From contig JAWAKK010000001.1 of NCBI GenBank assembly GCA_038887515.1, positions 576,001 through 640,000 on the forward strand: a stretch of 64,000 nt of DNA, given 5' to 3'. A model generated the notes under the pieces. That model ran no database searches. It had not been told where the DNA came from and was given only the letters and a program-made list of their open reading frames with translations. The stretch is from Candidatus Nezhaarchaeales archaeon. GTDB lineage: Archaea; Thermoproteota; Methanomethylicia; Nezhaarchaeales; WYZ-LMO8. The position numbers and the translations under genes are program-made. Shown in pieces: positions 1-9,896 of this stretch (its first letter is position 1; the number at the start of each line of letters is the position of its first letter).

Positions 1-38
1 AAAGTGGAAAGATTAATGTAGTGCTTTATTTTTAAATA

Positions 39-968
39 TCATTTCTTTTCAACTAATGCTATCAGCCTAACTATTGAGCCGTCTCCTCCGGCCCATCTAA
101 GCGGAAGCCCTATCAAGATGCACCTCTTGCCAGTCACCTTGTCTATGTCTCCTCCGACGTTCTCATAACCCATGACTCCGTTGGTTAGTAGGATTCTGTG
201 GCAGGGCTCCCAGTATGGGAAGTCCTCTCTAGGATCGCGGCCGAACGTCTTCTTGTATTCCTCAACTAGCCACGGAACTACTATGTTCCTCTCGTCAAGC
301 GTTCCAGGACCTTGAGACCATATTTCCCTCGTGTACAGCGGGTGATCGAGTGCTTGTGTATCTAGGCCTACAGCCTTCACCCCTCTCTTAACCAACCACC
401 ATGCAGCTTCGATGGATAAGCCAGGTGAATAGCAGAAGTACTTTACGGTGTCGCCCCAGTACTTGTGCCAGCCAGTGTTTATTATTACCATATCGCCGGG
501 CTCTATCGATGGCTCGGCCTTCTCTAGTTCTTCAACAGTTATGAACTCCCACTTGCCCTTAGGTATCGATACAACCACACCTTCACCCATGTACCTTTCG
601 ACAGGGATTTGATCGGTTGTAGGGAAGCCCTCCTCGACGTGGACTGGTGAATCTGCATGGGTCGTTACGTGCATGACTGTCGTAATCCTTTGAGTTAATA
701 CGCGTGACTTGCTGTGGTAGTGGATTCTATCGAAGTGGACGTCCTCGAAGTACGGCCAGAGCGGGGCATGGAAGCCGAAGGGCCATGAGAGGTCGTATAC
801 CTCGAATTCTCGGCCGAGTAGCCTTAATGGTGGCTTCTTAAGTATGTCTTCTGGTTTGCCTATCCACTTTGGATCTAACATTCCATGTATGTAAGGCGTG
901 TCTACGGGAAGGTTCTTGATGTACTTAGGGGATTTCGGTAGGTCCTTTGGGATTTCGATCTTGCTCAT
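39..968 (-). CDS. Cyclase (kynurenine formamidase-like) family metal-dependent hydrolase; candidate dihydrophloroglucinol cyclohydrolase
   Basis: HVTTHADSPVH (HxxTHxDxPxH) motif, GLDTQALDH, YENV, PLRWAGGDGSIVR typical of the cyclase family. Specific function is inferred from context. Confidence 0.85.
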   Translation of the reverse strand: MSKIEIPKDLPKSPKYIKNLPVDTPYIHGMLDPKWIGKPEDILKKPPLRLLGREFEVYDLSWPFGFHAPLWPYFEDVHFDRIHYHSKSRVLTQRITTVMHVTTHADSPVHVEEGFPTTDQIPVERYMGEGVVVSIPKGKWEFITVEELEKAEPSIEPGDMVIINTGWHKYWGDTVKYFCYSPGLSIEAAWWLVKRGVKAVGLDTQALDHPLYTREIWSQGPGTLDERNIVVPWLVEEYKKTFGRDPREDFPYWEPCHRILLTNGVMGYENVGGDIDKVTGKRCILIGLPLRWAGGDGSIVRLIALVEKK

Positions 969-1038
969 AACCTAATCCCCCTCGACCCTCTACGAGGTAC
1001 TTCCATATTTAAGTTTTAAGCGGCATTTAACTTCAACA

Positions 1039-1923
1039 TTAAGCCCAGACGGTTACTCCTCCGTCCACCAGCAGGACTTGTCCAGTTACAAAGTTCGAAG
1101 CATCGGAAGCGAAGAATATTATAGCGCCGACGACGTCGTCGGGAACTGCCCATCTGCCAAGCAGTATGCGTGACTTCATAGTCTGAGATAACTGCGGGTT
1201 CTTCGGTATATGTGCTGTGAGCGGGGTCAGCACGACCGTAGGCGCTACGGCATTTACTTGGATATTGTACTTGGCCCACTCGGTGGCTAGCTGCCTCGTT
1301 AAACCCACGACCGCCGCCTTACTGGTGCAGTAGGCCACGTAGTTGCCCGGTAGACCAAAGAATGACCTCACGGAGGCTATGTTAATTATCTTGCCCCTCC
1401 TCTGCTTTATCATTACCTTGCCTACTTCTCTACAAGTCAAGAATACTCCCGTAACGTTAGTTTCTATGACTGAGTGCCAGTTGTTGAGTGGATACTCCTC
1501 GGCTGGATTTGATGGTATATTTATTCCCGCAAACGTAATCAGTACATCTATTCTACCGTAAGCGTCCACGACTTGTTGGGCCAATCTCTTAACATCGTCC
1601 TCCTTAGTTACGTCAGCCTGAACCGTAGTAGCTTCTCCTCCAACCTCTCTTACCATGTCTATAGTTTCCTTCAGTTTCTCCAAGTTTCTGCCCACTAGAA
1701 CTACCTTAGCTCCAAAGTCTGTTAGGGCGAGAGCTGTAGGTGTACCAAGACCTCCAGCGCCCCCAGTTATAACTGCAACTTTACCCGTCAAGTCGAATAG
1801 CTTCTTGTAATACAATTGCTTCTTTTTGACTCTCTCGGCCAAGAATTGTTGGTAGGCTTCGTACGACTCAGATATCTTAAACCAGTCGACCTTACTCCAA
1901 CTAAATTCCTCCGCCAAAGCCAT
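1039..1923 (-). CDS. SDR oxidoreductase (likely NADPH-dependent); candidate phloroglucinol reductase
   Basis: TGGAGGLG Rossmann motif, GRN after beta-2, YCTSK catalytic motif, FVTGQVLLVDGG C-terminus, ~35-aa N-terminal extension. Confidence 0.9.
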   Translation of the reverse strand: MALAEEFSWSKVDWFKISESYEAYQQFLAERVKKKQLYYKKLFDLTGKVAVITGGAGGLGTPTALALTDFGAKVVLVGRNLEKLKETIDMVREVGGEATTVQADVTKEDDVKRLAQQVVDAYGRIDVLITFAGINIPSNPAEEYPLNNWHSVIETNVTGVFLTCREVGKVMIKQRRGKIINIASVRSFFGLPGNYVAYCTSKAAVVGLTRQLATEWAKYNIQVNAVAPTVVLTPLTAHIPKNPQLSQTMKSRILLGRWAVPDDVVGAIIFFASDASNFVTGQVLLVDGGVTVWA

Positions 1924-1929
1924 ACACCT

Positions 1930-2286
1930 CTAGTCGGGGTAACTTACTACTACTAGCATTGAGGCCGGCATATTGGTCTCATTAATTATCCTCCGCTTAA
2001 CGCCGGAGGGAATGTATATTGAGTCCATAGGACCCAGCGTGTATTTATTGCCCTCCTCATCGATGACTGTTATCGCCCCCGAAAGGACGAAGTAAACCCG
2101 TTCAGGTCCTGAATCCATTTCAGCGCCGCCGCCTGGCAGGAAGTGGGAAAGCCCTACCCAGAACTTTTGGGTGCCAGTAGTATCTCTACTGTGGAGTCTC
2201 AAAGCAACCATGTTGAAGTGCTTTGGTGCCTCGTATGGCTTTACGTCCTTTAACTCCACCTTCTTAATCTTGCTCATTAATATCAC
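1930..2286 (-). CDS. Cupin domain protein
   Basis: FLPGGGAE...ERVYFVLSG...GPMDSIYIPSG cupin signature; operonic with the SDR and cyclase. Confidence 0.85.
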   Translation of the reverse strand: MILMSKIKKVELKDVKPYEAPKHFNMVALRLHSRDTTGTQKFWVGLSHFLPGGGAEMDSGPERVYFVLSGAITVIDEEGNKYTLGPMDSIYIPSGVKRRIINETNMPASMLVVVSYPD

Positions 2287-2566
2287 CCTTCTTCAAGTTA
2301 AAGGGGTCCCCTAGAATTTTTAAGTTTTATTTTCCTCGATAGCTGCGCGCGGAAGACTTTCCATGGTAGGTTTAAGGCCGTAGGCAAAGTCTCCGCGTAA
2401 GTATTGAATGTTAGATGCTCAGTAAAGTGGAGATCACGCCTTGTAAGTGTACTTTCATCGGGTATGCCAAGGTCCTTAGCTAGTACGCAAAGAAAGGCAA
2501 TAGAATAATAGGAGAAATTTTTTAACTCTTCACGACTTCAAAGGTGTAGCAATTGAGCTAAAAGGG

Positions 2567-3625
2567 GTGGCAAAATTGCCGTTTCATGGCGAATATAAAG
2601 ACTTAGAGGTAATTGATGAAGGTCAAGGAGAACTTCTAAACTGGATGGATCCAGAGGACTTTCGGGAGTGGGTGCGCAAAAACAAAGATACGTCGCTTGT
2701 CGAAAAAGTCATGGACCCCAAGGAGGCCGTAAAAAAATTCATCAATGATGGTACTTACATAGCCTTAGGAGGATTCGGCCAAGTTCGAGTACCAATGGCC
2801 TTAATATACGAAATTATCAGGCAGGGCAAGAGAAACCTAGTAGCTTCAGGGAAGACGTCAACCCACGATCTCGATGTACTGATAGCGGCTGGATGCGTCA
2901 GTAAAGTGGAGGCCTCATATCTTTCAGCCGGCCACGAGCTAAGAGGGCTCTCGCCCGCAACTCGTAGAGCTGTTGAAAGCGGCCGCGTTAAGGTTGCAGC
3001 TGAATGGAGCAATGCAGCTCTTCAGTGGAGGTTTAAGGCTGCTGCTAACGGGTTACCGTGGATACCATCCTTTATACTCATGGGAACCGACACCTTTAGG
3101 CGAAGCGCTGCGAAAATAGTTAGGGATCCATTCACCAAAAGGGCCATATGTTTAATACCTGCATGCTTCCCTGACGTTGCCATCATCCACGTACATAGAT
3201 GTGATGTGTACGGTAACAGCCAGATAGACGGCATAACAATCATGGACTGCGAGCTCGCTAGGGCTGCGAAGAGGGTTATTATAACGACTGAGAAGATAAT
3301 ACCTCACGAGAAGATACGCGAAGAGCCATGGCGTACAGTAATTCCATTCTTTGTAGTAGATGCAGTCGTCGAAGTGCCGTTCGGTAGCCATCCCTGTAAC
3401 ATGCCGACGCTCTATTACTACGATGAAGAGCAAATGGGCGAATACCTAAACCTTACGAGAACTGAGGAGGGCACAAAGGCTTACTTTGAGAAGTATGTCT
3501 ATAGCGTTTCGGACCATTACGAATATTTGGAGAAGGTTGGAGGCGTGAAGAAGCTAATGCGATTAATTATGCTTGAACAAGGTAGAATACCGTTTGAGTA
3601 CCCGTGGGTTGCGGCTAAGAGGTGA
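2567..3625 (+). CDS. Family I CoA-transferase subunit A (glutaconate CoA-transferase-like)
   Basis: DGTYIALGGF, PDVAIIHVHRCDVYGN, VDAVVEVPFGSHP motifs. Confidence 0.88.
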   Translation: MAKLPFHGEYKDLEVIDEGQGELLNWMDPEDFREWVRKNKDTSLVEKVMDPKEAVKKFINDGTYIALGGFGQVRVPMALIYEIIRQGKRNLVASGKTSTHDLDVLIAAGCVSKVEASYLSAGHELRGLSPATRRAVESGRVKVAAEWSNAALQWRFKAAANGLPWIPSFILMGTDTFRRSAAKIVRDPFTKRAICLIPACFPDVAIIHVHRCDVYGNSQIDGITIMDCELARAAKRVIITTEKIIPHEKIREEPWRTVIPFFVVDAVVEVPFGSHPCNMPTLYYYDEEQMGEYLNLTRTEEGTKAYFEKYVYSVSDHYEYLEKVGGVKKLMRLIMLEQGRIPFEYPWVAAKR

Positions 3626-3629
3626 TGGT

Positions 3630-4409
3630 ATGAGTGGAGAACTTAAGTATACTAGGATGGAGCAGATGATTATAGCCTCGGCAAAGATGCTAGAGAACGG
3701 AAAAATAGTTTTCGTTGGCACCGGGATGCCCCTACTAGCAGCTATGGTTGCAAAAGCACTTTACTCTCCAAAGCTAGTGCTCCTTTTCGAAGCTGGAGGT
3801 ATAGATCCGCTTCCTGGACCAACGTTACCCATTAGTGTTGGAGACTCCATGACTACATGGAAGGCTAGCGCTGCGTTAAGCATGGATTACGTAATGACGT
3901 TGGCACAAGCAGGATTCATAGAGTACGGAATGTTAGGCGCGGCTCAAATAGACATGTACGGCAACATTAATACGACGGTTATAGGTCCTTGGGAAAGACC
4001 CAAAGTAAGGTTTCCCGGTAGCGGAGGAGCTAACGATATTGGATCACTTTGTTGGAGAACTATAGTCATAATGAGACAGGATAAGACTAAGTTCGTTGAA
4101 AAGCTTGATTTCCTTACAACCCCAGGCTATTTCAATGGCCCTGGAGCTAGGGAGAGAAACGGTCTGCCTAGAAACACAGGCCCGTGGAGGGTCGTAACTC
4201 AGCTCGGCGTTTACAGCTTCGACGAGAAGGACAAGAGAATGACGTTGCTAGCGGTATACCCCGGCGTTAGCCTTGAGGAGATAAAGGAGAATAGCGGCTT
4301 CCCCATAAAAATACCGGAAAAAATTGAGGTGCTCCCGGAGCCGACTGCCGAAGAGTTAAGGGTTCTGAGAAAACTAGATCCTTACGGCCTTGTCCTTGGT
4401 AAGGGCTAA
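3630..4409 (+). CDS. Family I CoA-transferase subunit B (glutaconate CoA-transferase-like)
   Basis: VFVGTGMP, catalytic Glu in LLFEAG, LGAAQIDMYGNINTT, PGSGGANDI. Start moved to ATG 3630 after a GGTG RBS. Confidence 0.88.
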   Translation: MSGELKYTRMEQMIIASAKMLENGKIVFVGTGMPLLAAMVAKALYSPKLVLLFEAGGIDPLPGPTLPISVGDSMTTWKASAALSMDYVMTLAQAGFIEYGMLGAAQIDMYGNINTTVIGPWERPKVRFPGSGGANDIGSLCWRTIVIMRQDKTKFVEKLDFLTTPGYFNGPGARERNGLPRNTGPWRVVTQLGVYSFDEKDKRMTLLAVYPGVSLEEIKENSGFPIKIPEKIEVLPEPTAEELRVLRKLDPYGLVLGKG

Positions 4410-4548
4410 CTTAACCTCCTCTACGAGTTTTATTCTTTTCCCCTTTTATTAGGTAACCCTCTCGTAGGTAAGATACTTATATTACTGGAAGAAGTCTTGA
4501 GAAAGGTTAAAAAACTTCAACGTTCGTTGTATGCTTTGGTGAGCGTTA

Positions 4549-5505
4549 ATGTCTTGGAACTATAATGATATGCAGGAATGGATTAGGAGGGTGAGGAGAG
4601 GGGAGCTACCTCCCCTGATAATAACTGTCGCGATAACTGGAGGAATACAGGGAAAAGAGGTCACTCCTTACCTTCCTGAAAGCCCCGAAGAGCAAGCTCA
4701 ACAAGCATACGAAGCGTATAAGGCAGGTGCATCAATAGTACACATTCACGTTAGGGATCCGAAGACTGGCTACGCAACTCCGACAGCCGACCCGGCCCAG
4801 ATAAGGCTCGTGAACAAAAAGGTTAGAGAGCTATGTCCCGACATAATAATTAACAATTCAACTGGCATAGGCTTATTCACGTCTCTTGAAGAGAGGCTTA
4901 AAGTGCTCGAAGCAGATCCCGAAATAGCTTCGCTTAACGTTGGGCCTGTTGCCTGGAGAACCCTACTTAAGAAGAGGGAGCCCGTGAGGACGCAAGACGT
5001 ACAGGTAGACCTTACGTGGCCTCCGAACTTCACTTGGAGGGAGGCGGAAGTATTAGCTAAGAGGATGTTAGAGAAGAACGTAAAGCCTGAGTTCGAAGTC
5101 TATCAGCAAGGACACTTCCACGTGGTATATCATCTCATCGAAAACAACTTAACCAAAGAGCCGCACATCGTTCAACTAGTACTTGGAGTTACGGGTGGAG
5201 AGCTACCCCATTATAAGAACCTGATAAACATGGTGGAGCATCTACCTCCGAATAGCTTTCCGTTCGTAGTTGGAATAGGTCCATTCCAAGCATACCTAAC
5301 CACTATGGCTATAGTCATGGGCCTTCACGTCAGAGTGGGCCTCGAAGACAACATATTCTACCGTAAAGGAGAGCTGGCAAAGAGTAACGCCCAATTAGTT
5401 GAGCGAGTAGTAAAGATAGCCAACGAGATAGGGAGACCCATAGCGACCCCCGATGAAGCTAGAAAGATGCTTGGACTACCTAAAGAACCTAAGCAATACG
5501 ACTAA
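4549..5505 (+). CDS. Beta-keto acid cleavage enzyme (BKACE/Kce, DUF849); candidate triacetate acetoacetate-lyase
   Basis: IITVAITG, HIHVRD (Zn), KPEFEVY, RVGLEDN, ATPDEARKMLGL. Confidence 0.9.
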   Translation: MSWNYNDMQEWIRRVRRGELPPLIITVAITGGIQGKEVTPYLPESPEEQAQQAYEAYKAGASIVHIHVRDPKTGYATPTADPAQIRLVNKKVRELCPDIIINNSTGIGLFTSLEERLKVLEADPEIASLNVGPVAWRTLLKKREPVRTQDVQVDLTWPPNFTWREAEVLAKRMLEKNVKPEFEVYQQGHFHVVYHLIENNLTKEPHIVQLVLGVTGGELPHYKNLINMVEHLPPNSFPFVVGIGPFQAYLTTMAIVMGLHVRVGLEDNIFYRKGELAKSNAQLVERVVKIANEIGRPIATPDEARKMLGLPKEPKQYD

Positions 5506-5584
5506 CGGCTAACAATTTGAAGGCGATAAGCTTATGGGGCTTCTACGATAGCGCGTATTAAGGGACTTAATGGAGGGATAATAG

Positions 5585-6547
5585 TTGAATAAAGTTAACA
5601 TAAGGAAAGTAGCAGTATTGGGAGCCGGAACCATGGGTCATGGTATAGCTCAAGTTTGTGCTCAGAGCGGTTACGAAACCGTAATGGTAGCTACTAAGCC
5701 AGAGAGTCTGGCGAGAGCCCTAAACAATATCAAGAAGGATCTCGAAGTCTTCGTAAAGAAGAACCTCATAAATCGAGAGGACGTCGACAGAATAGTTTCA
5801 AGGATAACTATCGAGTTAAGCGTAGCAAAGGCCGTGAGAGAGGCAGATTTCGTGATCGAAAGCGTTGTAGAGGACTTGGAGGTTAAGAGAAAGATATTCA
5901 AGGAGGTTGACGATAACGCGCCTCCCCACGCGATCCTGGGCACCAATACGTCCACTATAAGCATAACTGAGCTTGCTAAAGTCACTCGTAGGCCCCAGAT
6001 GGTCTTAGGGGTGCACTTCTGGAACCCGCCGCACCTCATGCCATTAGTTGAGATAGTTAAGACCGAGTACACATCGGATGAAGCCGTCGAGGTCGCAAGA
6101 GCGTTTATCGAAGATCTAGGAAAAGTCCCAGTTCTATGTAAGAAAGAGGCTCCAGGCTACCTTGGAGTTAGGCTCCAGGCAGCCATAGTCCTAGAGGCTA
6201 CTAGGATGCTTGAAGAAGGCGTAGCCTCAGCTGAAGATATAGATATAGCGGTTAAGATGACTCTAGGATTGAGGTATCCTCTATTTGGACCACTACAGGT
6301 GGTCGATTTAGGAGGTGTAGACGTCTTCTACTACGCTTACAGCTACTTGTATAACGCAACTAAAGAGGAGCGGTTTAAACCGCCGAAGATCCTTAAAGAG
6401 CTTGTTGAAAAGGGCAAGCTCGGAGTAAAGAGCTACGAGGGCTTTTACAAGTACACTCCAGAGCAAGTAGAAAAGATAGTAAAGCTCAGAGACGAGTGGT
6501 TAATAGACCAACTCATAAGCAGAGGCCTACTAAAAATAAAGAAGTAA
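5585..6547 (+). CDS. 3-hydroxyacyl-CoA dehydrogenase family protein; candidate 3-hydroxy-5-oxohexanoate dehydrogenase
   Basis: GAGTMGHGIA, ESVVEDLEVK, TNTSTI, HFWNPPHLMPLVE, GKLGVKSYEGFY. Confidence 0.9.
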   Translation: MNKVNIRKVAVLGAGTMGHGIAQVCAQSGYETVMVATKPESLARALNNIKKDLEVFVKKNLINREDVDRIVSRITIELSVAKAVREADFVIESVVEDLEVKRKIFKEVDDNAPPHAILGTNTSTISITELAKVTRRPQMVLGVHFWNPPHLMPLVEIVKTEYTSDEAVEVARAFIEDLGKVPVLCKKEAPGYLGVRLQAAIVLEATRMLEEGVASAEDIDIAVKMTLGLRYPLFGPLQVVDLGGVDVFYYAYSYLYNATKEERFKPPKILKELVEKGKLGVKSYEGFYKYTPEQVEKIVKLRDEWLIDQLISRGLLKIKK

Positions 6548-6816
6548 ATAACAACTTAGCTATCTTCTACACCCTTTTTTTATCAAGCTAGCGAAGCTCT
6601 CCTAAAATTCGGTTTTTACGTACATTGCTTGCATTCTAAAAGCCTACTTAAAGCTATTTAGCAATCCTATCTTCCGTTCCCGCAGGAAATACCGAGAGTT
6701 TCTACGCGTTTAGAGAGTCGAGGACCATACGAATGAGAACAGTTATCGAAGTGAATTCTAGCGACTATTTTTAAAGAAGTTAGGCTTGTTTTGTCGTATA
6801 TCGTAGTTAGCCGTCG

Positions 6817-7527
6817 TCAGCTTACGCCGACACTTATATACCTTATCATATCCGCGACTTCCTCACATCTATCAACTGAGTTCTCTACTTCATCGACTAT
6901 TTCCTTCGCTATAGCACACCATTTCGGCCCCTTCTCATCACACTTCGATAACACGTACTCTAAAAGAGCGGTTCTAATGTCGTCGACTTCTTCTTCAATG
7001 CGCTCTATCATGTCAGCAGTGGTAAGAGCTTTTCGAGGGTTGTCCGACATCTCTTTAAACGCTTGGTCTATCAGCATCATAGCCTCACGTAGCTTCAACG
7101 CCATGTTCAACAGTTTTGAAATGTACTCCTCGTCGAAGTAGACACCTATACGCGTCGAAATAAGCAATCTTCTAGCAGCCGCCTTAGAATAGTCAGCAAC
7201 GTCGTCCAACCTTAGTACGAGCCTCATTATGTAGTCTCTGTCTAGAGGCAGTAAGGTAGCCTTCGACAAGTCGTATATAAAGTTCCTCTTGGCTTCATCA
7301 GCCCTACGCTCGGCCTTCAATACTTCGGAGAACGTTGAGCTCGCGTCGTCAAACCGCCTTTCCTCTATCGCCTTAAGCATTGAAATTAGACCTTCAATAA
7401 CTTTCGTTACCTCAACGCCGTGCTCTATGCACTTAGACACTATACCCTTTTCAACTTTTTTAGATGCCCATATCCAAGTTGACACTAAGACCACCGTAAG
7501 GCACGTTCTTAGCTTTCCTCCCTGCAT
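6817..7527 (-). CDS. DUF47/PhoU-like phosphate transport regulator
   Basis: ERRADEAKR, LPLDRDYI, LDDVAD, EEEVDDI repeats; lies downstream of PiT. True start is probably ~50 nt downstream of 7527. Confidence 0.85.
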   Translation of the reverse strand: MQGGKLRTCLTVVLVSTWIWASKKVEKGIVSKCIEHGVEVTKVIEGLISMLKAIEERRFDDASSTFSEVLKAERRADEAKRNFIYDLSKATLLPLDRDYIMRLVLRLDDVADYSKAAARRLLISTRIGVYFDEEYISKLLNMALKLREAMMLIDQAFKEMSDNPRKALTTADMIERIEEEVDDIRTALLEYVLSKCDEKGPKWCAIAKEIVDEVENSVDRCEEVADMIRYISVGVS

Positions 7528-7546
7528 TTATATACTTTGTTGTTTG

Positions 7547-8608
7547 TTAAATTGACAATCGTATCAAGGAGTGAGCGAAAAGGCAGAGACATGAAGCTAT
7601 CCCCATCGTTACCGGGACGGTTAAAAGCCACGACATTATTATGTAACCAGTTACCTTCATGTTTAATCCCCGTAAGCACCTAGCCTTCGCTATTCCGGCA
7701 CCAATTATCGCCGACACACTTGTGTGAGTTGTCGAAATTGGCATGCCAAACCCCCAGAGCATGTAGGGTATAGTCGTGAATAACCATACAGTTAAAGCTA
7801 ATGAGAAGCCCGCCGCAACCCCGCTTGGATTATCTAACCTAGTTATTCTAAACGCGGTGGTCTCCACCACTCTTCTCCCCAAAGTGAAGCCACCTATGGC
7901 AATGAATGTGCCTCCCATAAGAGATAAGAGCAACATTGTTTCGTGCGTTGGTAACCCGAATTGTCTCTCTGTTATAGTTAAGTACACTCCAGTAGCATTA
8001 GCTACGTCATTCGCTCCGAAGGAATAGGCGGCAAACGCCAAGGAAACTATGTGAAGCGCTAGGAATATCTTTTCAACGTCGCGTTTCACCCTAAGAGATA
8101 ACTCGAGTTTTAGGAAGAGAAAGTACAGGAGGACGGCTAGACTCATGGCTATGGCTGGCGATGTTACCCAACTTAGTATGATCCTCGTCATGACGCTCCA
8201 ATTTATTTCATCAAATTTAATGGAGCCTATTACAGCGTACGCTATACCTACCCCCAATATTGACCCCGTTACGCTCTGCGAAGTCGAAATGGGCAAACCG
8301 AGAAGAGTTGCAGTAAGTATCCATACGCCGGCCGCTACGACCGCTATTAGGGCGGCAACTATATCTATCTGAGGTACAATCCCCCTACCTAAGGTCTTAA
8401 TTACGTAGCTCCCTTGGAGCAGGGCCCCAATGATAGTGAACATGGAGAATAGCAGGAGAGCCCTCCTTAATGTTAAGGCCCCGGCACCTACAGCGGTATC
8501 TATCGGGTTCGCAGCATCGTTAGCTCCTATATTGAAGGCCATGAAGGCTGACGCTGCCACTCCAATGATATAAAGTATTAGTTCTATCATCTCTTCCACA
8601 TTTCTCAT
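7547..8608 (-). CDS. pit: PiT family inorganic phosphate transporter
   Basis: Two GANDxAN signatures and PISTSQ / PISTTH motifs. Confidence 0.92.
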   Translation of the reverse strand: MRNVEEMIELILYIIGVAASAFMAFNIGANDAANPIDTAVGAGALTLRRALLLFSMFTIIGALLQGSYVIKTLGRGIVPQIDIVAALIAVVAAGVWILTATLLGLPISTSQSVTGSILGVGIAYAVIGSIKFDEINWSVMTRIILSWVTSPAIAMSLAVLLYFLFLKLELSLRVKRDVEKIFLALHIVSLAFAAYSFGANDVANATGVYLTITERQFGLPTHETMLLLSLMGGTFIAIGGFTLGRRVVETTAFRITRLDNPSGVAAGFSLALTVWLFTTIPYMLWGFGMPISTTHTSVSAIIGAGIAKARCLRGLNMKVTGYIIMSWLLTVPVTMGIASCLCLFAHSLIRLSI

Positions 8609-8792
8609 GCTTCACTTTATAACGCTTACTAGCCAGCATGGAAATTTGTAGTGTGCGGTAGGTACATGATGACTGCGCATAGCGATAGGTTTTGCTAGAC
8701 AATAGGAGTAGTCCAGCGCGACAAGGGACTTATTACGTGCAAATAGAAACGCCTTTAAGCCTAGACGGAAAAAAAGGCATAACGATGTAAAA

Positions 8793-9815
8793 ATGGAAAT
8801 TTATGACTTTGAAGCCCACTTCTATACGAAAGATTACGTTAAAGCTCTGCTTAAAAACAAGGCTTATCCAAGATATAAGAAAGATGAGAAGCAAGATATC
8901 TATTGGCTTTTATATACGCCTAGCGTCCAAGAACCCCACGTAGGAGCGTTGCTTGAAAAGCTCCTCAACGTAGAGGAGAAGAGAATACATGATATGAGGG
9001 AGGCCGGCATAAAAGTTCAGATCCTAAGTCTCTCGGCACCTGGATGTGAGCAGCTAGGACCTAAGTTAGGTTCTAGGATGGCTAGGAAGGTCAACGACGA
9101 ACTCTCGAGGATCGTTGAGAAAAACCCCGACAGATTCATTGGGCTCGCAGCCCTCGCACCTCAAAGTCCCCAAGAAGCTGCGGAAGAGCTTGAGAGGGCT
9201 GTTAAGGATCTCGGACTTAAGGGTTGGAAGACCCACTCCAACATACGTGGTGAGTACCTAGACAACGAGAAGTTCTGGCCTATACTAGAGAGAACTGAGA
9301 GGCTTCGTGTACCAATATTTCTGCATCCTACCGTCCCGAGGATAAAACAACTCGGAGAACCCTACGGGTACGCAATGGCTGGTCCAGCCTTTGGTTTCGT
9401 TTTTGAGACTGCTATGTGCTTAATGAGATTAATACTGAGCGGCGTCTTCGATAAGTTCCCTAACCTAAAGTTCGTGCTAGGGCACCTTGGAGAGGCCATG
9501 CCGTTTCTCATCAACCGTATAGACTTTCCTCGCGTGAGGCCATGGGTCTACGAAAGCATGGACGTAAAAATATCGAAGAAGCCCAGCGAGTACTTGAAGA
9601 ATAATGTGTTTATACTTACGAGCGGCGAATTCCCCGTACCAGCAATATCCTGCGCCATAGAGATAATGGGCTTAGACAGGGTTCTCTTCGGTTCAGACTA
9701 TCCCTACGAAAACTCTGTAGATGCTGTGAAGCGCATTGAAGCTCTACCTCTCTCAAAGGAGGAAAAAGAGAAGATATACTCTCAAAACGCTAAATCGCTC
9801 CTAGGTATACGTTGA
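8793..9815 (+). CDS. Amidohydrolase-2 family non-oxidative aromatic acid decarboxylase (gamma-resorcylate/2,3-DHBA decarboxylase-like)
   Basis: DFEAH, FLHP, LILSGVFDKFPNLKFVLGHLGEAMPF, FGSDYPYE. Confidence 0.85.
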   Translation: MEIYDFEAHFYTKDYVKALLKNKAYPRYKKDEKQDIYWLLYTPSVQEPHVGALLEKLLNVEEKRIHDMREAGIKVQILSLSAPGCEQLGPKLGSRMARKVNDELSRIVEKNPDRFIGLAALAPQSPQEAAEELERAVKDLGLKGWKTHSNIRGEYLDNEKFWPILERTERLRVPIFLHPTVPRIKQLGEPYGYAMAGPAFGFVFETAMCLMRLILSGVFDKFPNLKFVLGHLGEAMPFLINRIDFPRVRPWVYESMDVKISKKPSEYLKNNVFILTSGEFPVPAISCAIEIMGLDRVLFGSDYPYENSVDAVKRIEALPLSKEEKEKIYSQNAKSLLGIR

Positions 9816-9896
9816 GGCGAGGCCCATAATCTCTGAAGAGTTAATGTCAACTGAAAGCTTAAAGCATAGGTCAAGAAACCAATATTAGCTAAAAAG

